This document shows positions 57,963-64,000 of a stretch of DNA of 64,000 nucleotides, in pieces. The notes beneath the pieces were generated by a model. It worked only from the letters and a program-made list of their open reading frames with translations. It had not been told where the DNA came from and did no database searches. Position 1 is the first letter of the stretch. Every line of letters starts with the position of its first letter. The stretch comes from an uncultured Acetatifactor sp. (GTDB lineage: Bacteria; Bacillota; Clostridia; Lachnospirales; Lachnospiraceae). The stretch covers positions 18,160 to 82,159 of the forward strand of contig CAJUJU010000003.1 of assembly GCA_910586835.1 (NCBI GenBank), given 5' to 3'. A program made the translations under genes and the position numbers.

Positions 57963-59366
57963 ATGAAAAAGGCAGCAAGGCATTTCTCTGTGATATTAAA
58001 GGGAATACTTATAACGGGGTTCAGCATCCAGATTGCGTTCGGGGCGGTCTGGATGTGCTTTCATTTTGGCTGCATGCAGGAATTTGGCGGGAGTGAGGGA
58101 ATTCTTTATCGCGGGCTGCGTGCACTGACGGGAGGACAGTACTGGATCCTTTATCTTCTTCAGCTGATCGTTGGCTTTTATGCCGGATATGATTTTTTCA
58201 GGACGGTTTGTCCGGAAGGGCATTTTTGGAATAGTTGGAGAAGTCTTGTGCTTCTGTCATTCCCCATGGCTATGCAGTGCCATATGGCGTTGTCACCCTG
58301 TTCTCTTGTAAGCTCCTGTTTTTTGTTGGAGCTTTCCGGCGTGATGGCTATAGTGAGGGGGGATGCCGCGACGAAGAGAACATCGCACACGAAAGGAAAA
58401 GCTGTCCATCCGATTTTTACGGAAGGAACAGGATTTTTACGGAACCTTGTCCGAGGGGGACTATGTTGGCTGGCTCTTTCGCTGCTTTTGCCGGAATATT
58501 TTATTCTGGGAGGGATTCCGCTGGTGCTTTCGGTACTTTTCCGATTGCCGGTTCTGAGGAAGCGCTTGCCGGAGCTTGGGGCTGCGGTGCTGGCGCTTGC
58601 GGCCTGCGGAGGAGTGATCCTGGGGATCGGCGGTCTTTCGGGAGAGAAGGGGTATGTGCCGGACCGGGAATCGGTGTGTTTTGCATTGTTCAGCAGAATG
58701 GCCTGGCCCACATTGTGGCCTGACAGTGAATATTGGCCCATGGAGGTTCAGGAGGCCGCCGCAGGCTGTGTGTGGGAATCCTCTCAGCGGGCGGACAATA
58801 TGCAGATTATACTCAGGCCGCGATTACGGGAAAAGTTCGGTGACAGGCAGGCGGCGCAATATTATTTGCAGATGGCAGCGTATTCCTGGAAACGGCACAC
58901 ACCTCTGATCATCCGGCAGATTGGCGGAGATTTTCTGGGATATTGTATGACGCCTCTGATACTGCCCATGCAGCTGGAGGGGGAAGCATATGCCTCTTAT
59001 TCCGGGAGAAATTATGAAATGATGTTTCAAGATACGCCATTGCTTACAAAATACTATGTCCGTTATGGCTGTAAATGGTTTGCCGTAATGCTTGTGCTGG
59101 CTTCGGTGCTGGCGGCACCGAACCGGATCTGCCGGCGGGAACGGCGAAAGTCATGTAATGAAAACAGAAAGAGATTTGCGCAGGTATTGATATGTCTTGT
59201 CCCGGCGGGTATCGTCACAGCGGTATATACCTTTTGCGGAGCAGGCGTGATGGATTATAAACGTACTGTGGCGGTGGTGCTTTTATGGCTGGCGGCAGCG
59301 CTGTTGGGTATGAGAGGAGCAGAGAGCGAAAATCAGGGATCGGCCGGGGCGGAGAGTATGCCATGA
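57963..59366 (+). CDS. Polytopic membrane protein of unknown function
   Basis: Multiple hydrophobic segments; ATG after GGAGG; stop overlaps the next ATG. Confidence 0.6.
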   Translation: MKKAARHFSVILKGILITGFSIQIAFGAVWMCFHFGCMQEFGGSEGILYRGLRALTGGQYWILYLLQLIVGFYAGYDFFRTVCPEGHFWNSWRSLVLLSFPMAMQCHMALSPCSLVSSCFLLELSGVMAIVRGDAATKRTSHTKGKAVHPIFTEGTGFLRNLVRGGLCWLALSLLLPEYFILGGIPLVLSVLFRLPVLRKRLPELGAAVLALAACGGVILGIGGLSGEKGYVPDRESVCFALFSRMAWPTLWPDSEYWPMEVQEAAAGCVWESSQRADNMQIILRPRLREKFGDRQAAQYYLQMAAYSWKRHTPLIIRQIGGDFLGYCMTPLILPMQLEGEAYASYSGRNYEMMFQDTPLLTKYYVRYGCKWFAVMLVLASVLAAPNRICRRERRKSCNENRKRFAQVLICLVPAGIVTAVYTFCGAGVMDYKRTVAVVLLWLAAALLGMRGAESENQGSAGAESMP

Positions 59367-61234
59367 AAAAGTTCAGGGAATATAAATATGAGATAGCGGC
59401 AGCAGTGATCTGCATTTTATTACTTTGGGGTCTCGCCGCAGGAAAGCAGGGCTTTCACATGGATGAGCTGCTGAGTTTTCAGCTCTCAAATGCGGAATTT
59501 AATCCCTGGATTGTTTCCACACAGCCCGAGGGACGTCTGGCCCGGTTCGTGCACAATGAGATAGACGGAGAGAATCTGAGGGAGACCTTGGGCAATCTGG
59601 CGGCGGTGATCGGAGACGTGCTGGAAAACCGGGGAAACAGTAAGCTTTTGACTTATAAGGCGGAGGTCTGGCCGGAGCCGGTGTGGATTACGGCCGGACA
59701 GTTTCGGGATTATATTGAGGTAAACCGGGGGGATGCGTTCAATTACCTGTCGGTCTATTTTAATGTGAAGGACGACAACCATCCGCCGCTGCACTTTATG
59801 CTGCTGCATACGGTAAGCTCTTTCTTTCAGGGCAAGGCGGAGGCGTGGATGGGATGTCTCATCAATCTGGGTGCAGTTGCGGGAATTCTTATTCTGCTGG
59901 TCAAATCCGGCAGGCTGCTGGCGGAGGCGCTGGGACTGGAGGAGTACTCGCACCATGTGGGCGTATTGTCGGTGCTGTTTTACGGGCTGTCAGCGGGGGC
60001 AGGAGCGACAGTGCTTCTGATCCGAATGTACGGACTGTTGACTCTGTGGTGTATGGCATATTTTTACCTGGTCATAAAAAAATGGCGGGACAGGAGCTTT
60101 GAACGAAAAAACGGGAAGCTGATGTTGGTGGCCATGTTGGGATTTTGGACACAGTACTTTTTCCTTTTTTATTGTATATTGTTGGCGGGACTGCTGTGTG
60201 TGCTTCTGCTGCGGGAGGGAAGGAAAAAGGAACTGTGGAGTTTTGTGCGTTCCATGCTGATCGCTGCGGCAGTGGGAATAGCGGTATTTCCGTTTTCCAT
60301 TGCGGATGTGTTTTCCAGTGGAAGGGGAGTGGAGGCTCTGGAAAATCTCTCTTCGGGTCTGCGGGGCTATGGCAGCAGGCTTGTGGGATTTTTTCAGATT
60401 ATGTGGGAGAGAACCTTTACCCCGTGGTTTTGGATATTTTTGGCGCTGGCAGCCGCGGTGGCACTGGTCTGGCGTTTTAGTGGGGGGTTGTTCCCGCTTT
60501 TGCGCGGAGGAGCCGGACATGGTGAGAAAGGTGGCTGCAATGTGCCGGAGGCCGGAAATAACGGTTTTCCGGATACGACAGCAGAGAAAGACATTGATGT
60601 ACGGAGGGGAAGAGCGGCATATTTCTGGCTGCTTCTCTTGCCGCCAATTGGTTATTTTCTGCTGGCGGCAAGAATGTCTCCTTATCTGGTAGACCGATAT
60701 GTGATGCCGTTGTTTCCTTTTGCCGCGCTGACGGTGGGATTGGCTTTTCCGGCGGTTCTGCGAGGCCTGGCAAGTGGCTGTAGAAAAATGCAGGGGAAAA
60801 AGATAATACTGACAGGGTGTATGCTGGCGGTGCTTTTGCAGGCAGCCGGAATTCTCGGTGACGGCAGCCGGGAGTATTTATATGCGGGATATGCGCTTCA
60901 GGAAGAAATGGCGGAGAGTCTGGCTGATTATTCCTGTATTTGTGTCTATGAGGGTGTGGGCTATTATGAGAATCTGAAGGAGTTTACCCATTATGAGAAA
61001 ACGCTTCTTGTGACGCCGGCACAGCTGGCTGAAAGACAGGACAGAGAAAGTATTGAGGCGTTGGATAAGGTCGCCGTTCTGATTAAGTGCGACGAGGTGG
61101 AGTTGTCGCAGGTGTTGGAGATTATGAGAGAGACTTATGGGTTTTCCGTGGATAAATGGGGTTGGCGGGAGCGCGGAATTCATGGAGACGTGCTTTGTCT
61201 GATGAGGCGTGATGTCGCGGCGGAGGGAAAATAG
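59363..61234 (+). CDS. PMT/ArnT-like GT-C membrane glycosyltransferase
   Basis: GFHMDE after TM1, DNHPPL.F, IRMY, TQYFF, DRY..P. Confidence 0.7.
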   Translation: MKKFREYKYEIAAAVICILLLWGLAAGKQGFHMDELLSFQLSNAEFNPWIVSTQPEGRLARFVHNEIDGENLRETLGNLAAVIGDVLENRGNSKLLTYKAEVWPEPVWITAGQFRDYIEVNRGDAFNYLSVYFNVKDDNHPPLHFMLLHTVSSFFQGKAEAWMGCLINLGAVAGILILLVKSGRLLAEALGLEEYSHHVGVLSVLFYGLSAGAGATVLLIRMYGLLTLWCMAYFYLVIKKWRDRSFERKNGKLMLVAMLGFWTQYFFLFYCILLAGLLCVLLLREGRKKELWSFVRSMLIAAAVGIAVFPFSIADVFSSGRGVEALENLSSGLRGYGSRLVGFFQIMWERTFTPWFWIFLALAAAVALVWRFSGGLFPLLRGGAGHGEKGGCNVPEAGNNGFPDTTAEKDIDVRRGRAAYFWLLLLPPIGYFLLAARMSPYLVDRYVMPLFPFAALTVGLAFPAVLRGLASGCRKMQGKKIILTGCMLAVLLQAAGILGDGSREYLYAGYALQEEMAESLADYSCICVYEGVGYYENLKEFTHYEKTLLVTPAQLAERQDRESIEALDKVAVLIKCDEVELSQVLEIMRETYGFSVDKWGWRERGIHGDVLCLMRRDVAAEGK

Positions 61235-61239
61235 ACGCT

Positions 61240-62301
61240 ATGGTATGGCAGATTATTATTCTGTTCTTGGTATTGCTGGTTTTGCCGGTGCTTGTAGGCA
61301 GCATTTTTTCCGGGGTGGAGCACAAGGGGCTAAATCTGCCGCTGCGCTGGGTGAGCGGGCAGATTTGTCTGTGGGCTGGGTTTCAGGCGGTGTCGGTACC
61401 GTTGATCCTGATGCCCCGGGAAAAGGGTTTTTTCAGCGTGGTGATACTGTATATGGTATTTGGGGGGGCGATGCTGTTGTTTGCCCTGGGTATGGGGATA
61501 AAAAGGCGCGTCAGATTGCGGGCCGTGAGCAATACTGCCGCCGCGCTTAAGAAAGACAAGGTGGCGCTGCTGCTCTGGGGGCTGGTAATCTGTCTTTTGC
61601 TCCTGCAGCTGATACTGGCGGTGGTACTGGCATATGAGGAGGGGGATGATGCCTTTTATGTGGCGGTTTCCTCTGTCACATCAGAGTCGGGAACCATGTA
61701 TCAGGTGCTGCCTTATACAGGTGGTTCTACCGAGTTGGATATGAGACATGGGTTGGCGCCCTTTCCCATTTGGGTGGCATTTCTTGCCAGGGTTTCCGGA
61801 ATGCATGCGGCGACAGTTGCTCAGGTTGTGCTGCCTGTGACGTTGATCGGTATGGCATATATGATCTATTATATGATCGGCAGGCGTCTTTTTTCGGGGA
61901 GCAGCAGACGCGGGCTTCCATTGTTTATGCTGTTTCTGGAGGTGCTGGTGATCTTTGGGGGGCAGTCATTGTATACGGCGGAAAATTTTCTGCTGGTGCG
62001 GACTGCACAGGGAAAGGCGGTTTTGGCGTGTATTATCATTCCTTTTCTTTTTTTTCTGCTGCTTTTGCTGTTTGAAAGAATGCAAAAACGACAGGGTGCC
62101 GAATACTGGATTTTGCTTGGTTTGACGACGACTGCCGGATGCCTGTGCAGTACGCAGGGAGCGTTGCTGACCTGTGTGCTTGTGGGTATGGGAAGTCTGA
62201 GCGCCGTGGTGAGCTGCCGGCGGTGGCGGATACTGATTCCTGCGGCGGCGTGCTGCCTGATTCCTGTGGGAATGGCCGTTTTTTATCTGCTGTTAGGATG
62301 A
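61240..62301 (+). CDS. DUF6077-like membrane protein (possible GT-C component)
   Basis: DDAFYV, PYTG, R..LAPFP, R..QGKA; multiple TMs. Confidence 0.6.
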   Translation: MVWQIIILFLVLLVLPVLVGSIFSGVEHKGLNLPLRWVSGQICLWAGFQAVSVPLILMPREKGFFSVVILYMVFGGAMLLFALGMGIKRRVRLRAVSNTAAALKKDKVALLLWGLVICLLLLQLILAVVLAYEEGDDAFYVAVSSVTSESGTMYQVLPYTGGSTELDMRHGLAPFPIWVAFLARVSGMHAATVAQVVLPVTLIGMAYMIYYMIGRRLFSGSSRRGLPLFMLFLEVLVIFGGQSLYTAENFLLVRTAQGKAVLACIIIPFLFFLLLLLFERMQKRQGAEYWILLGLTTTAGCLCSTQGALLTCVLVGMGSLSAVVSCRRWRILIPAAACCLIPVGMAVFYLLLG

Positions 62302-62313
62302 GAAGGAGAGTAT

Positions 62314-63069
62314 ATGTGGACGGATGTAGTAGGTGTTTTTCAGAAATATATGGGAACCGGCCTGATCGTGATCTGGTTTCTGGGGGCGCTTGTCTATCTG
62401 TTTCTCAATGAGAAGAGAAGGGAAAGAAGGCTTCTTTTTGTCTGGCTGCCTGTCATAGTGCTTCTGCTGTATTTTAATCCGTTGTTTGCAGGCGTATTCT
62501 GCAGTATGTTGGGCAGTGAGATTTATTTCCGCAATTGCTGGATGATTCCCTTCATTGCGGTGATTGCGTATTCAGCAGTCTGTATTCTGGAAAGGCTGAA
62601 GGGGATAAAGCAGCTGCTGTTCGGGACAGCGGCAGTTTTGCTGATCGTTGTCTCCGGAAAACTTGTGTACGCGAATCCGCTGTACAGCAGGGCGGAAAAC
62701 TGCTATCATGTGCCGGACAGTGTGGTGCATCTCTGCGACGCCATTGTGGTGCCGGGACGGGAGGTTATGGCAGTTTTCCCCAGTGAGCTGCTTTTATATG
62801 TACGACAATATTCTCCCTTTGTATGTATGCCTTATGGGAGAAACAGTTTTGTAACGGATGAAAAAAATGATTTTTATATTGCCATGGAGCAGGATGTCAT
62901 GGATGTAGCCGCTTTGTCGGTTTATGCAGATACAGCAGGTTGTCACTATATCGTTCTCAGGGAGGACAAGGAGATTCTGGGAGAGCCCAAGGACTATGGA
63001 TGGGAATTCTTCGAGCGGACGGATGGCTATGTTGTCTATCGAAACGTGAAAATGCCGCTGGATTTTTAG
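62314..63069 (+). CDS. Membrane protein of unknown function (four TMs plus extracellular C-terminal domain)
   Basis: YFNP, Y.R..W..P, RAEN.YH.P, RQY....MPYGR; follows the DUF6077-like gene. Confidence 0.6.
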   Translation: MWTDVVGVFQKYMGTGLIVIWFLGALVYLFLNEKRRERRLLFVWLPVIVLLLYFNPLFAGVFCSMLGSEIYFRNCWMIPFIAVIAYSAVCILERLKGIKQLLFGTAAVLLIVVSGKLVYANPLYSRAENCYHVPDSVVHLCDAIVVPGREVMAVFPSELLLYVRQYSPFVCMPYGRNSFVTDEKNDFYIAMEQDVMDVAALSVYADTAGCHYIVLREDKEILGEPKDYGWEFFERTDGYVVYRNVKMPLDF

Positions 63070-63096
63070 TCCGGCGGCATTTTTACGGGTAAGATT

Positions 63097-64000
63097 TTAT
63101 TCTTTATCGTAGTAGTTCAGGGCGTAGATAAAGCGTTCCGCTATCTTCTTCCGGCCTTCTACGTTCAGATGTATATTGTCGATCAGGTAGTCTTTGGCAT
63201 TGTCCTCGGTAATGGTTCCGTAGAGATTATCGATAAAGGTAACCTGGTTTTCTGCACATGCGGCATATTGCTTGATGACATAGGTGGAAAACACATCCTC
63301 TGCGTAGCGTATCTGGTCGCTGCTGATATACTCTCCGTTTTCGTCCACCTCGTTGGAAAAGGCATAGGCAGGAGACAGTACAATGATCCGGATGTGAGGA
63401 TATACGGACTGGAACAGCTTGATGCCTGCGTCCAGATTACCTGTAAACCGGGTGATATCCGAAGGGTTATCGTCATTGTACATGGGGTGGCTGATCAGAT
63501 AGTCATACCCGTCATACATGATAGCCACTACATCCACGGTGTCAAAATCGATTGAGCGGATGGTGTCGCAGGCTAAATTGGCATCTGCAGGGATATCGTC
63601 TCCCAGCACATTGGCGGCCTGTTCAAACATCAGATTGTCGCCAAGATCGGTGGCGAGCACGGAGAGCCAGTAAAAGGTGTAGGCGTCGCGGGGCCTCTCC
63701 TCCGCAATGAAATAGGGGCGTTCTGAAGCCAGATAGCTTGTCCCTATGGAGCAATTGTATACGGTTGCTCCGGTCATTTCCCCTATCATATTTACCAGAT
63801 TATCCTCCGAATCCCGGTCGTCGGCAAAGGGAGAATTTCCGAAGAACGCGATAGAAAGGCCATCGTCGGTATTCAGGGGGACTATTTTGCCTTCGGAATC
63901 CGTGAGAGGGAGAATGACGTCCAGGGTATCGCTGTATTCACCTTCAATGTTGTTTCGGATGTCTTCCTGGCTGATGAAGTGCCCCCAGTTTTTGAAACGG
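63097..64000 (-). CDS. SGNH/GDSL family protein; 5' end lies beyond the window
   Basis: Frame is open upstream of the track's ATG to the window edge and contains AFFGNSP (block I); also YNCS, YDGYD, DNIHLN. Confidence 0.8.
   Translation of the reverse strand, partial: RFKNWGHFISQEDIRNNIEGEYSDTLDVILPLTDSEGKIVPLNTDDGLSIAFFGNSPFADDRDSEDNLVNMIGEMTGATVYNCSIGTSYLASERPYFIAEERPRDAYTFYWLSVLATDLGDNLMFEQAANVLGDDIPADANLACDTIRSIDFDTVDVVAIMYDGYDYLISHPMYNDDNPSDITRFTGNLDAGIKLFQSVYPHIRIIVLSPAYAFSNEVDENGEYISSDQIRYAEDVFSTYVIKQYAACAENQVTFIDNLYGTITEDNAKDYLIDNIHLNVEGRKKIAERFIYALNYYDKE

Noticed and set aside
61462..62055. Homopolymers (G7 at 61462, T8 at 62048; also T8 runs in the MBOAT and T7 in the pseB promoter spacer) as phase-variation tracts
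   Set aside because: Too short to be convincing; all genes are in frame and T runs reflect Phe/Leu codons

Overview
Chromosomal segment of a Gram-positive anaerobe. Gene content, gene order and sigma-A-type promoters suggest Lachnospiraceae/Clostridia (inference). No rRNA, tRNA, CRISPR array, integrase or transposase was recognised. The left half (1-30.6 kb) is mostly housekeeping: DUF1846, a solute-binding lipoprotein, ftsH, uvrC-hprK-glucokinase-murB-rapZ-whiA-HPr, a lipid kinase, fba, a GH95 fucosidase, a cyclophilin, a GNAT, a MATE, an aldo-keto reductase, hflKC, glpP, two XRE paralogues and recQ. It also carries an MBOAT+SGNH O-acylation pair enclosed by a perfect 26-bp direct repeat, and a csRNA-like small RNA candidate. 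The right half (30.7-64 kb) is a large surface-glycan locus. It has a complete pseudaminic acid pathway (pseB, C, F, H, I, G) with an FkbH-ACP module directly before pseH, which predicts an N-glyceroyl pseudaminic acid. It also has a sialyltransferase-like GT, a PglK-like ABC flippase, three GtrB/ArnC-like GT2s, about six GT-C-like membrane proteins, WecE/RffA and three SGNH proteins. An inverted BlaI / M56 peptidase (no beta-lactam sensor domain) / small secreted protein operon separates pseB from pseC. All calls come from reading motifs by eye; no database search was run.
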